A stretch of 64,000 bases of DNA, taken from contig DRFQ01000009.1 in assembly GCA_011050465.1 (NCBI GenBank), positions 128,334 through 192,333 on the forward strand, read 5' to 3'. Below the pieces are notes generated by a model. That model was not told where the DNA came from. It saw nothing but the letters and a program-made list of their open reading frames with translations, and did not search any database. The DNA comes from Candidatus Nealsonbacteria bacterium. Its GTDB lineage: Bacteria > Patescibacteriota > Minisyncoccia > Minisyncoccales > RBG-13-36-15. Made by a program: the position numbers and the translations under genes. Positions 9,528 to 18,220 of the stretch are shown in pieces (the first letter of the stretch is position 1; each line of letters begins with the position of its first letter).

Positions 9528-9563
9528 CCTTCCCCTCCTTGTCTTGGTAATGCTGCTAAGAAT

Positions 9564-9591
9564 AGTCTACAAAATATTCGATATAAGTCAA
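9564..9591 (-). promoter_or_regulatory. promoter (same family as 9112-9139)
   Basis: Minus strand reads CCTCGGGCTTGACT-N16-TAGACT. Confidence 0.6.
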
Positions 9592-9609
9592 GCCCGAGGC
9601 AACCACAAA

Positions 9610-9800
9610 ACAAAAAGCCGAGGACACAATTTGGATTGGATTAACCAGAACTCGGGTTGTCCCCAGCCTTGGAGAATGGCATCGTACTTCGTGGGTTTAC
9701 CACCAGTAAGCTTTACCCCCTCCTTGATGGATGGGGTTGGTTGGCCAGGGTTGACGCGAGGGTTCGGCTCTAATCTTACTGACTTCCCAACCTCATCCGT
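9610..9800 (-). ncRNA. candidate about 190-nt structured transcript (motif X, copy 1)
   Basis: Consensus promoter at 9806-9834 and a hairpin plus T-run at about 9610-9660. No plausible start codon. The 5' end is homologous to the leader at 43876-44023. Confidence 0.35.
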
Positions 9801-9805
9801 CTTCA

Positions 9806-9834
9806 ATTTTAATTTAAACTTAATTTTTTGTCAA
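9806..9834 (-). promoter_or_regulatory. consensus promoter of the motif-X transcript
   Basis: Minus strand reads TTGACA-N17-TAAAAT. Confidence 0.6.
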
Positions 9835-10034
9835 TAAAAAAAATGTTTGGAAAAAATAAAAATTGTTCAGCGATAATTTCTTTTAAAGTTAATAAACAAA
9901 CTATTAGTCCCCTACCCTGTCTCGCCTTGGTTTTGGAACAATTTTCCAATAATTAAACCAATAAGACTATAGTTTTTTCCGCTAACTCTTTAGTCTTACC
10001 TGTCAAAAAAATAGGTACTTTAAAAGAGGTTTAT

Positions 10035-11222
10035 TCAGAAAGAGTTCCTAGCTTCTTCTTCTTTGCCAGCTATTAAAGATAGTTCGTCTATCGTGGGTTT
10101 TTTCAAATATAAATTACCAGCTTCTCTATAGAGATTAGCGGCATTTTGATAGCCATTCCTTTCCAAAAATTTTGCAAATTCCAAACGGCCTACCGCCATT
10201 TCCCCGAGGAAGAAAGAATTCAGAGCTTCTCCTATTTCGAAAGCAGCATTCTCGGATATCTCTCTGTTCCAGGCCATTATCTCTTTTATTGATTTTCTTT
10301 TAGCTTTATCTTTAAGATAAAGCATCCAATAAGGACCAAGCTTGTGGCCCTCCATCTGAGGATTAGCACCATTTTCCCAAGCTTCTAAAAAGTTTTTGTA
10401 TGAAGCTGGCATATTTTTTATGGCTAAATCAGGGTCGTCAGGATCATTAATATAAACATAATTCTCATCATAACCAGTAACGATCATAAAGTGAGAGGCA
10501 TGAAATTTTTCCCATGCCCAGCTAGGAGAAATTTTGGCAAAATCATCGGTAACATAATAAAGATCTAAATGAACCAAAACTGGTTTGTCAGAGGAGATTA
10601 TACTTTTTAAATAGCGGGTAGCTTCTTCCTTATTACTAAAATATTTAACTTCTTTAGCGCTTTCCTTAAAATTAAATTGAGTTGGAGGTTCTGATCCAGC
10701 TGGAGGCGGAGGTGGTGGCGGAGGTGGTGGTGAAGTGCCAGGTGGTGGCGGAGGTGGTGGCGGTGGCAAATGATTGATTGAATCTTTGCCTCCAGACAAA
10801 AGTCCTAGTCCAAAATTATAGCCAAGGTTTTCGGCTCCAGTTATAATAGAATTTCCTTGGAAATCATTCGTTAAGCCAATAAAAGGAACAACATTTTTAG
10901 CTGTTACTCCAATCCCAGAATAGGCAACGATTTCAGTGAAATCTAAATCTGGATCATCAAATAAAGCCAACATCGCAAAAGCTCCAAGATAACATAAACC
11001 CGGCCCCTCTTCGGTTTCTTTTTCTTTTAGAACTTCCCCAGCAAAAACTCTTGAAACATTTAATTGGTAAGCCTGAGGAATAACTTTTTCCTTTTCCTCT
11101 AAAGAAGGTTCTTCTTCTGGGGCTGTCTCTTCTTCGGGAACAGAAATATTTTTCCACACAAAAAACCCTCCTACACCTAAGCCGATTAAAATTATTAAAA
11201 TGATTGAAATTTTGGTTTTCAT
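10035..11222 (-). CDS. secreted C39-like (BtrH/DUF4872-like) cysteine peptidase domain protein with a poly-Pro linker
   Basis: Signal anchor, GLCYLGAFAM (Cys), PPPPPPPPPPGTSPPPPPPPPPP linker, and HFMIVTGYDENYVYINDP (His). Confidence 0.6.
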   Translation of the reverse strand: MKTKISIILIILIGLGVGGFFVWKNISVPEEETAPEEEPSLEEKEKVIPQAYQLNVSRVFAGEVLKEKETEEGPGLCYLGAFAMLALFDDPDLDFTEIVAYSGIGVTAKNVVPFIGLTNDFQGNSIITGAENLGYNFGLGLLSGGKDSINHLPPPPPPPPPGTSPPPPPPPPPPAGSEPPTQFNFKESAKEVKYFSNKEEATRYLKSIISSDKPVLVHLDLYYVTDDFAKISPSWAWEKFHASHFMIVTGYDENYVYINDPDDPDLAIKNMPASYKNFLEAWENGANPQMEGHKLGPYWMLYLKDKAKRKSIKEIMAWNREISENAAFEIGEALNSFFLGEMAVGRLEFAKFLERNGYQNAANLYREAGNLYLKKPTIDELSLIAGKEEEARNSF

Positions 11223-11275
11223 TACCTTATTTTACTAAAAAACCGTCAGTCCCCTACTCCAACAGTTTGAGATAT

Positions 11276-11644
11276 TTAGTAATTTTTATATCTTCGTTCG
11301 TTAGTTTTATAACCGGTATCTGACGACCAAAAAAGAAATAATCTTTTTTTAAATCCACCTTTCTTTTTATTGCTTTCTTTTTGCGCTCTTTTTATCTGTT
11401 GGCTTGTAATTCCTTTAAATCTCTTTATTTCCTGAATAACATCTAAAACATCAGCCAACTCTGAAATTAACTTCTTTTTGGTTTTTGCTGCGAGCAAGCC
11501 ATCTGATTCCTCGCCTACTTTCTTTATAAGCTCTTTTTCAAATTCTTTTACCTTTAATTTTTTTATTTTAAAGTCTCCCCCGCTCTTTTTAATCTTTTCG
11601 GGAATTTTATCGCGAATTAGTTTGTTGTAGTAAATTCTTTTCAT
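11276..11644 (-). CDS. MazG-like / phosphoribosyl-ATP pyrophosphohydrolase-like NTP pyrophosphatase
   Basis: YNKLIRDKIPEKI N-terminus and the EESDGLL...ELADVLDVI helix pattern. Confidence 0.65.
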   Translation of the reverse strand: MKRIYYNKLIRDKIPEKIKKSGGDFKIKKLKVKEFEKELIKKVGEESDGLLAAKTKKKLISELADVLDVIQEIKRFKGITSQQIKRAQKESNKKKGGFKKRLFLFWSSDTGYKTNERRYKNY

Positions 11645-11799
11645 ACCCCATTTTTGTTTTATATTTTTAAATCAATAGGATTTCAAATAACATAATTAAA
11701 GAACCAAAAATAAGAGAAATTAAGATTACCATCCACCATTTTATTTTCTTATTAAGCAAACTCATATTTTTTCACGCTTTCATTAACTCTAAGAAAAGA

Positions 11800-12531
11800 T
11801 TATTCTGGCAGCCGAAGCCTGACAAAAGCCTCAGCAAAACGAAACCCTTCTTTCTTGCCAAACTCACCCGCTCTGTCTTTAATTCTCTTTTCCAAATTTT
11901 TGAAGTTCCCTATCTGGGATTTATGAACCATTAAAGCTTTAATTTTGATATCCATAGTTGCGGTCACGTCAATAAAGTAGTTGGCATCTTCTATTAAAAA
12001 GGTAGTAATAAATAACTCTTTTACTTTATGGGGCTGAAGTCCTGTTTTTTTGTGCTCGGGAAACGAGAGGCTGTCTCTGGCCAAAGGATAAGTAGCATCT
12101 AAAACAGCTTCTCCTATTGCCCGATGATCAGAGTGGTTAATAAAACCATATTCTTTGTAATAATAATGAACGGGGTTCATAGTAAAAACAAAATTTGGTT
12201 TATATCGCCTGATAAAACGAACTACCCTCTCTTTTAGTTCAATGTTGGGAACCAATTCTCCATCGTGATAATCCAGGAAGTGAACCTCTGCCACGCCCAG
12301 AATTTTAGCTGCCTCTATCTGTTCAGCTCTCCTTATCTCTCCCAGCTCCTCCGGGGTAATATTTTCATCGCTACTCCCCCTCTGACCGGAGGTGGCGATT
12401 AAATAGATGACCTTGGATCCTTCTTTTGTCGCTTTGGCAACGGTTGCTCCACAGACGAAATCATTGTCATCAGGATGGGCGCCAACTACCATTATTGTTT
12501 TATTTTTGAAATTAATTTCATTCATATTCAA
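11800..12531 (-). CDS. PIG-L/LmbE family deacetylase
   Basis: VVGAHPDDNDF and HSDH motifs. Confidence 0.85.
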   Translation of the reverse strand: MNMNEINFKNKTIMVVGAHPDDNDFVCGATVAKATKEGSKVIYLIATSGQRGSSDENITPEELGEIRRAEQIEAAKILGVAEVHFLDYHDGELVPNIELKERVVRFIRRYKPNFVFTMNPVHYYYKEYGFINHSDHRAIGEAVLDATYPLARDSLSFPEHKKTGLQPHKVKELFITTFLIEDANYFIDVTATMDIKIKALMVHKSQIGNFKNLEKRIKDRAGEFGKKEGFRFAEAFVRLRLPE

Positions 12532-13723
12532 TTAATAAACCGAGAATATTAAATGTTTTAACTAAGAAAGATTTGGCATCAGCCAAACTCATACTCCTAT
12601 TGGCACTTAAAGTTTTTTTGGCTAACTCCGCCAAAACGCTAATTGCTTTCTTGGTATCAAAATCATTGTTCATTGCTTCAAAAAATCTCTTTTCATAGCT
12701 CTTCACATTAAATGTTCTACCTGTGCCGGAAGATAAAAACCAAACCCTTTTAAATAAATCAGCAAGCCTTTCCGCTTTTTGAAGGTCCTGTTTATAAAAC
12801 TCCCAAACTGAACGATAATGATGAGAAAGAAGCAGAAGCCTTATCGTGTTAGCGCTATATATTTTCCGTAAATCATCAATTAAAATTAAGTTCCCCAAAG
12901 ACTTGCTCATTTTTTTTCTTCGATAGCGCAGCATTCCAGTATGCAGCCAATATCTGACAAATGGCTGGCCGGTTGCTTTCTCCGACTGGGCGATTGAACT
13001 TTCGTGATGAGGAAAAATCAAATCAGACCCTCCCCCATAAATATCAATTGTTTCGCCGAGGTATTTTTGTGACATAGCGCTGCATTCGATATGCCAACCC
13101 GGCCTTCCTTCGCCCCAGGGAGAAGGCCAAAAGGGTTCTTTGGGTTTTTGGGCTTGCCAAAGAACAAAATCAAGGGGATTTTTCTTGTTGGGATCATTTG
13201 GGTTATTGCCCCGTTCATTGGCAATGAGCAGCATTTTCTTTTTCGAGAGTTTGCTCAGCTTTCCGTATTCCTTATCTTTCTTAATTGAAAAGTAAACATT
13301 TCCTTTTCTTTCATAGGCAAAGCCATTCTTCTGAAGCTTTTTAACTATTTCTATCATTTCTTTGATGTGATCAGTAGCTCGAGGATAAAAATCAGGTTGG
13401 AGGTTGTTGAGCCATTTCATTTCTTCCAGAAATTTTTGAGAATTATTTCTAACCACTTCCCTCCAATTCTTCCTCAACTTAGCAGATTCTTTCAGGATAT
13501 CATCATCAATATCTGTCAGATTTTGCACATAGATAACCTTATAACCAAGAAACTTTAAATATCTGATTACCACGTCAAAAAAAACGTAAGTGAAAGCATG
13601 CCCTAAATGGGTAACGTCATAGGGGGTAATGCCGCAAACATAAATGCCTGTTCTTTTATTGGAATTTTGCCGAAAGACTTCTCTTTTTCTTGTTTGCGAA
13701 TTAAAGATTTTCAGTCCTTTCAT
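12518..13723 (-). CDS. cysS: cysteine--tRNA ligase (short form)
   Basis: THLGHAFTY (HIGH-type) and KMSKSLGN motifs. Confidence 0.92.
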   Translation of the reverse strand: MKGLKIFNSQTRKREVFRQNSNKRTGIYVCGITPYDVTHLGHAFTYVFFDVVIRYLKFLGYKVIYVQNLTDIDDDILKESAKLRKNWREVVRNNSQKFLEEMKWLNNLQPDFYPRATDHIKEMIEIVKKLQKNGFAYERKGNVYFSIKKDKEYGKLSKLSKKKMLLIANERGNNPNDPNKKNPLDFVLWQAQKPKEPFWPSPWGEGRPGWHIECSAMSQKYLGETIDIYGGGSDLIFPHHESSIAQSEKATGQPFVRYWLHTGMLRYRRKKMSKSLGNLILIDDLRKIYSANTIRLLLLSHHYRSVWEFYKQDLQKAERLADLFKRVWFLSSGTGRTFNVKSYEKRFFEAMNNDFDTKKAISVLAELAKKTLSANRSMSLADAKSFLVKTFNILGLLIEYE

Positions 13724-13739
13724 AACATTAACAAGCTTT

Positions 13740-14027
13740 TTATTTTATTATCTCTTTTTCGTATTCGGGAAAATATTTACTAATCACGTTGAGGTTAAAC
13801 TCTCTAAGGATTGATTCTTTCGGTTCCCTTTCAAGCAAGAATTCAAAAGATTTTCTTACAAGTTCTTCCGGCGTGAGCTGACCGTGTGCTTGCCCTGAGC
13901 TTGTCGAAGGGGTTAATTTTTCCCAATATTCTTTATCAAGCGTTACTGCATATTCAATGTCATCAATCCCAACCAAAAAATTCCATCCACTCTCAATTTG
14001 TTCCTTTTTTTTAATTTCAACATCCAT
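13740..14027 (-). CDS. hypothetical protein (95 aa) carrying an in-frame GC-rich mini-repeat
   Basis: The PSTSSGQAHGQ segment is encoded by repeat copy 13888-13912. TAGAAT-N6-ATG start context. Confidence 0.5.
   Translation of the reverse strand: MDVEIKKKEQIESGWNFLVGIDDIEYAVTLDKEYWEKLTPSTSSGQAHGQLTPEELVRKSFEFLLEREPKESILREFNLNVISKYFPEYEKEIIK
13888..13912. repeat. GC-rich mini-repeat copy
   Basis: GCTTGCCCTGAGCTTGTCGAAGGGG, inside the ORF. Confidence 0.75.
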
Positions 14028-14104
14028 TTTTAAATTCTACCAGAAAACCGCTTTTTTGGCACTGTTAATCCCCCACTCTATCTTGATTAAAAAAACTTTT
14101 CCAC

Positions 14105-14133
14105 TTGACATGCTTTTATGAATTTGTTATTAA
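14105..14133 (+). promoter_or_regulatory. promoter of the orphan small transcript
   Basis: TTGACA-N17-TATTAA. Confidence 0.45.
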
Positions 14134-14139
14134 ATAAGC

Positions 14140-14256
14140 AGTACACTAAGTTAAATAATGAGCCGCATGGCTCACCAAATGGTGGAAGCGTAGAGAAACC
14201 TCTTTCTCTCCTCCCCATCCTCAACAGGGTTTTTTCGGAAACCCTTCTTTTTTTTA
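14140..14256 (+). ncRNA. candidate CU-rich small RNA (about 115 nt)
   Basis: Promoter, GAGCCGCATGGCTC hairpin, CCTCTTTCTCTCCTCCCC tract, then GGGTTT-TTTCGG-AAACCC plus a T-run. No + strand gene lies downstream. Confidence 0.3.
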
Positions 14257-14260
14257 TTAA

Positions 14261-14294
14261 AACAAAGAGGCCAGCTCAGCTGGCCTCTTTGTTT
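14261..14294. terminator. bidirectional hairpin terminator
   Basis: AAACAAAGAGGCCAGCTCAGCTGGCCTCTTTGTTT. Confidence 0.75.
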
Positions 14295-14347
14295 ATGAAT
14301 TAGAAATGTCCTTTCTACGCCTTTTGTGATTCCCTCTTCTATTTTAG

Positions 14348-14785
14348 TTAATAATCTAATTTATTGATCCAATCCGGAACTTCGGCATCGGTGACGGCAT
14401 CATATTGCGGCGTATATGGTTTGATATCAAGAATTGGGGTATCTTTGACAACATCGAGACCTTGTACGGTTACAACATTATCTTTAATGCCGATAATCTT
14501 TACTGTTGAGACGCCAATCGGGTTTGGTCGCTGGGCACAGCGACAGGCAAAAATTCCGACTTCTGGCACCTCGCCCACTTTATCTTGCGGTACATGGCGG
14601 ATATCGCAAGTTTTAACTTCGTGCATCCAATAAATCACGATAAGATGAGAATAATCCTCCAATCCCTTCAAAGCTTTTTGATATTTCTCATCAATAACCA
14701 AATCAGTAGCCACCTTATCCCATGATCCAAAATGTTGCTTTTCCTGGTTTTTAGCAAAGCCAATCGGCTTTAATTTAATTTCCAT
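14348..14785 (-). CDS. trmO: tRNA methyltransferase TrmO/TsaA (YaeB family)
   Basis: RPNPIGVSTVKI and LDIKPY motifs. Confidence 0.85.
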   Translation of the reverse strand: MEIKLKPIGFAKNQEKQHFGSWDKVATDLVIDEKYQKALKGLEDYSHLIVIYWMHEVKTCDIRHVPQDKVGEVPEVGIFACRCAQRPNPIGVSTVKIIGIKDNVVTVQGLDVVKDTPILDIKPYTPQYDAVTDAEVPDWINKLDY

Positions 14786-14800
14786 AAATTTATTCTAACA

Positions 14801-14825
14801 AAAAATCGCCGTTTAGGCGATTTTT
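14801..14825. terminator. AATCGCC-loop-GGCGATT hairpin fused to a downstream -10 box
   Basis: AAAAATCGCCGTTTAGGCGATTTTT lies directly after the stop at 14827, then TGtTAGAAT-N6-ATG of trmO. Confidence 0.7.
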
Positions 14826-14826
14826 A

Positions 14827-15627
14827 TTAAGTTTTTACTGAAATACCAATCTCTATCGCTCTTTTAATTTGCGGTAATTCCCAGGGATCGATATCTTTGA
14901 GCGAATTACCATTAAAACTCTGGATTATTTTTATACCTTCGACATCAATAGCAACTCTGTCAGTTGAAGCTAAAATCAAACCTGGCTCGCGAACCTCACC
15001 CTCGGCAGGTCCTTTAGTAATGAAACACTTTCTTGCGTCCATAATAACCAAATCGGGATTGATTATTTTATTTAGTTCAGCTACTTTTTCCTGGAGATGC
15101 CTTGTGTGAAGACGAATACGCTGGATTGGTTTCATAAAGCCAACAGAAAGCTTTAAACTGCCGGTAAATTCAGCATAAGAATGGGTTTTTAAATTAGGAA
15201 GGAATATTAACTTATCAGCTCGATCTAAAAATTCGGTTACCGAAACGTTTTTTAGATACTTTCCGCCCGGTATCTTTTTATTTACCCACTTCCGTTCTTC
15301 AAAGACATAAATCCGGGGAGGCCGCTTCATCTTTTCCAAATCAAAAATTTTAAGCTTTTCCATTACTTTGCGAGTATTTAAACTCATGGTCGCAGAATCA
15401 CCAATCATTACTATTTTAACCCCACAATCATAAACCAACTCAACCACAGCTTTTATAAATTCCGGATCAGAAGAAGCCGGAAAGGGGTCGGTAGTATTAA
15501 AATTGGGCTTTAATAAAACCACCTCTCCGGGCTTGATAAATCGCTTAAAACCACCAATTGAATTCACCGATTCTAAAATAGACTTTTTTAAATCGTCTCC
15601 AATTTTTACTTTTGATACTTTTTCCAT
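14827..15627 (-). CDS. DUF362 domain protein
   Basis: Overall DUF362-like pattern (KPN...D, HxxxxxTGxLK); assigned from memory of the family. Confidence 0.65.
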   Translation of the reverse strand: MEKVSKVKIGDDLKKSILESVNSIGGFKRFIKPGEVVLLKPNFNTTDPFPASSDPEFIKAVVELVYDCGVKIVMIGDSATMSLNTRKVMEKLKIFDLEKMKRPPRIYVFEERKWVNKKIPGGKYLKNVSVTEFLDRADKLIFLPNLKTHSYAEFTGSLKLSVGFMKPIQRIRLHTRHLQEKVAELNKIINPDLVIMDARKCFITKGPAEGEVREPGLILASTDRVAIDVEGIKIIQSFNGNSLKDIDPWELPQIKRAIEIGISVKT

Positions 15628-15635
15628 ATCTTTAA

Positions 15636-16127
15636 TTAATTAGAATATTGGAAATAAAGCTGGCTGCCATTCCATCCGGAACTATCAGCTTTTAAAACGC
15701 CTGTTCCTCCTCCTGGCGTGGGAACCGTAATCGCTAAAGTTACGGGTTCTGAAGAACTTTCAAGATTTGCGTAAAGGGCACATTTGCCATCTGTTGTCAC
15801 GGTATAAATATATTTTGATTCGGCTTCAGTGCCTGTTTTAGGATCTTTGGGTATATTTGAAAGAAATTTACTATATTGAGGATACTTGGCAAGAATTTCA
15901 TTTACCAGCGGAATAAGGTCGTATTCTCCTTCTCCCCCGTCTGGCAGGTAGCAAGAAAACACTAAGAACTTTCCGAGTTGAGAGATTTCTGCTTTTCGTC
16001 TTACATCCTGAGCTTTCCCTCGTACATTAACAAGGAATACCAACGTAATTGATGCTAAAATTCCGATAATAGCAATAACAACCAATAATTCAATTAAAGA
16101 AAATCCTTGTTTTTTACGACAAATCAT
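15636..16127 (-). CDS. type IV pilin-like protein (prepilin N-terminal methylation motif)
   Basis: [19 protein letters not shown]. Confidence 0.85.
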   Translation of the reverse strand: MICRKKQGFSLIELLVVIAIIGILASITLVFLVNVRGKAQDVRRKAEISQLGKFLVFSCYLPDGGEGEYDLIPLVNEILAKYPQYSKFLSNIPKDPKTGTEAESKYIYTVTTDGKCALYANLESSSEPVTLAITVPTPGGGTGVLKADSSGWNGSQLYFQYSN

Positions 16128-16133
16128 ATCAAT

Positions 16134-16949
16134 TTATTCTATCCTATTAAAGGAAATTGCAGAAAGAGAAACCACGATTAATGTAAATGAAAGAAAAATA
16201 AGAAGACTGATAGAAAAAGTTAGTGATTGTCCGAAAATCGTAGTGGAAAAAGATTGAATAATTTCTTTCGATATATCTTCTCCGCTAAAAATTATATGTC
16301 TTAAAATATTAACTCCATAAGTAAGTGGATTAAATTGTGCAAGTCCAGCAAGCCACGCTGGCACTCCCTGTAGAGGAAATAGAGCTCCGCTAAGAAAAAA
16401 CATCGGCATCATAATAAACTGCATAACCATTGGAAAGCTTTCCGTACTCTTCATTTGCGAAGCTAAAAGTACGCCCAATGAACTCATTCCAAAAGCAATA
16501 AGGAACATTGCTGGAAATAATATAATTATAGTTAAAAAAGATATTTTTATTCCAATTAACGGCGTTAAAAGAAGCATTAAGGAAGCTTGAATAGTGGCAG
16601 TAGTGGCCCCACCAAGAATTTTGCCTATAACTATTGAAGTGCGAGAAATGGGAGCCACAAAAAATTCTTTAGAAAATCCGAATTCCCTATCATAAACAAT
16701 AGTTAGAGCTCCAAATATTGAAGAAAATAAAATAATCATTGCTAAAATTCCCGGAAAAATAAAATTAATGTAGTTAAAGCTTTCTGTTCCTGATGGAGCA
16801 AAGCTTAGCGAAGCAGAAATTCCAGATCCTAAAATCACAAGCCATAAAATCGGCATTATCAGACTAGAAACTGATCTTATCCAATTTCTCCAATATCTTA
16901 TAATCTCCCTTAGCCAAATGATATAAATTGCTTTAAGTTCGTGTTTCAT
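16134..16949 (-). CDS. ABC-2 type transporter permease
   Basis: Six hydrophobic segments; adjacent to the ATPase. Confidence 0.85.
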   Translation of the reverse strand: MKHELKAIYIIWLREIIRYWRNWIRSVSSLIMPILWLVILGSGISASLSFAPSGTESFNYINFIFPGILAMIILFSSIFGALTIVYDREFGFSKEFFVAPISRTSIVIGKILGGATTATIQASLMLLLTPLIGIKISFLTIIILFPAMFLIAFGMSSLGVLLASQMKSTESFPMVMQFIMMPMFFLSGALFPLQGVPAWLAGLAQFNPLTYGVNILRHIIFSGEDISKEIIQSFSTTIFGQSLTFSISLLIFLSFTLIVVSLSAISFNRIE

Positions 16950-16955
16950 ATTAGT

Positions 16956-17750
16956 TTAACGATTCCTAAGTTTTAGATCCTGACGTATTTTTTCTTTAGC
17001 GTCATAAGTTTCTTCATCACGAAAATCCCGACCAGTAATCTTTAAAAACATATCGTTCATCGTTTCTGTTCCAGTCGCTTTTTTAAGTTGTTCTGGAGTA
17101 TCAAGAACTATAATCTTTCCGTGATCAATAATAGCGACTCTGGTGCAATTTTCCGCCTCTTCCATTGAATGAGTGGTTAAAAAGATAGTCATTTTGTGTT
17201 CTTTCTGAATTTTGAAAACATAATCCCAGATATGAGTTCGAGTTTGGGGATCAAGCCCAAGCGTTGGTTCATCAAGAAATAAAATTCTAGGCTCATGAAG
17301 AAGACCCCTGGCAACTTCAAGTCGTCTTTTCATTCCCCCAGAAAACTTTTTCACAATAGTATTTTCCCTGCCTTGAAGCCCAACCATTTCTAAAAGTTCT
17401 TTTGATTTCTTTTTCGTTTTAGGACCAGGAATATTATATAACATAGCGTGAAATTTCAAATTTTCCCAGGCAGTAAGTTCAAGATCTAAAGAAGGATCTT
17501 GAAAAACAATTCCAAAACATCGCCTCGCGTTATTAGGATCTGAAACAACATTAAATCCAGCAAGAATTGCTGTTCCCTTGGTAGGCTTTAGTTGGGTTGT
17601 AAGTATATTAATAGTTGTTGTTTTGCCGGCTCCATTTGGCCCCAAAAAACCAAAAATTTCTCCCTCTTTGACTTCAAAAGAAATATCATTAACCGCCAAA
17701 AAACTATTAAATTTTTTGGTAAGATTTTCAACTTTAATGATTGAATCCAT
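16956..17750 (-). CDS. ABC transporter ATP-binding protein
   Basis: GPNGAGKTT Walker A, FSGGMKRRLEVA signature, LFLDEPT Walker B. Confidence 0.93.
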   Translation of the reverse strand: MDSIIKVENLTKKFNSFLAVNDISFEVKEGEIFGFLGPNGAGKTTTINILTTQLKPTKGTAILAGFNVVSDPNNARRCFGIVFQDPSLDLELTAWENLKFHAMLYNIPGPKTKKKSKELLEMVGLQGRENTIVKKFSGGMKRRLEVARGLLHEPRILFLDEPTLGLDPQTRTHIWDYVFKIQKEHKMTIFLTTHSMEEAENCTRVAIIDHGKIIVLDTPEQLKKATGTETMNDMFLKITGRDFRDEETYDAKEKIRQDLKLRNR

Positions 17751-17769
17751 AGTAATATTTATTCTATCT

Positions 17770-17808
17770 TTAATTACGGAATAATTACAGGGAATGAAAT
17801 GACCGGTT
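17770..17808. repeat. TTAATTACGRARTAATTACAGGGAA...TGACYGGTT element
   Basis: Upstream of the ABC operon. Two more tandem copies sit upstream of pyrB. Confidence 0.75.
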
Positions 17809-17811
17809 TGT

Positions 17812-17836
17812 AAAAATCGCCCTTCAGGCGATTTTT
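17812..17836 (-). terminator. AATCGCC-loop-GGCGATT hairpin terminator
   Basis: AAAATCGCCCTTCAGGCGATTTTT after the stop at 17841. Confidence 0.7.
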
Positions 17837-17840
17837 GGGA

Positions 17841-18125
17841 TCATAACCGGTTGAACGCTTTTCGCAGTTCAACCTTTGCTTGCTCAAGGATTTTTTTCCT
17901 TTTTGACGGCAAATTTTTTCCTGCCCGGTTAATGTAGAAATTAAGCATAGACATTGCTGATTGAAAAGGTTCAGCTTTGCGGCGACAGCTTATTTCCGCC
18001 GACAGTTTTAATGACCTTGCAATACGCTTCGGATTTTTCCAGGTAAATACGTTGCGATCCAAATCTAAAGCATTGCTGTATTTTGTCACATATCCAGACC
18101 AATACTTTTTACTCTTTCTTCTCAT
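17841..18125 (-). CDS. DUF3175 family protein
   Basis: SAMSMLNFYINRAGKNL and RKKILEQAKVELRK pattern. Confidence 0.65.
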   Translation of the reverse strand: MRRKSKKYWSGYVTKYSNALDLDRNVFTWKNPKRIARSLKLSAEISCRRKAEPFQSAMSMLNFYINRAGKNLPSKRKKILEQAKVELRKAFNRL

Positions 18126-18144
18126 AGATTTATTCTATTTTAAC

Positions 18145-18170
18145 AAAAAATCGCCCGAATGGCGATTTTG
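18145..18170 (-). terminator. AATCGCC-loop-GGCGATT hairpin terminator
   Basis: AAAAAATCGCCCGAATGGCGATTTT, then TAGAAT-N6-ATG of the DUF3175 gene. Confidence 0.7.
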
Positions 18171-18220
18171 TGGTTGTAGCTAAATCCTCCTTTTTTAGAC
18201 GGGACGTAGGAATACTCTAA

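Noticed and set aside
9319-9837. Track ORFs 9319..9837 (+, 172 aa) and 9588..9806 (-, 72 aa).
   Set aside because: The + ORF is antisense to 9225..9527 and crosses two promoters and a terminator. The - ORF begins with a TTG at the predicted TSS and reads through the terminator.
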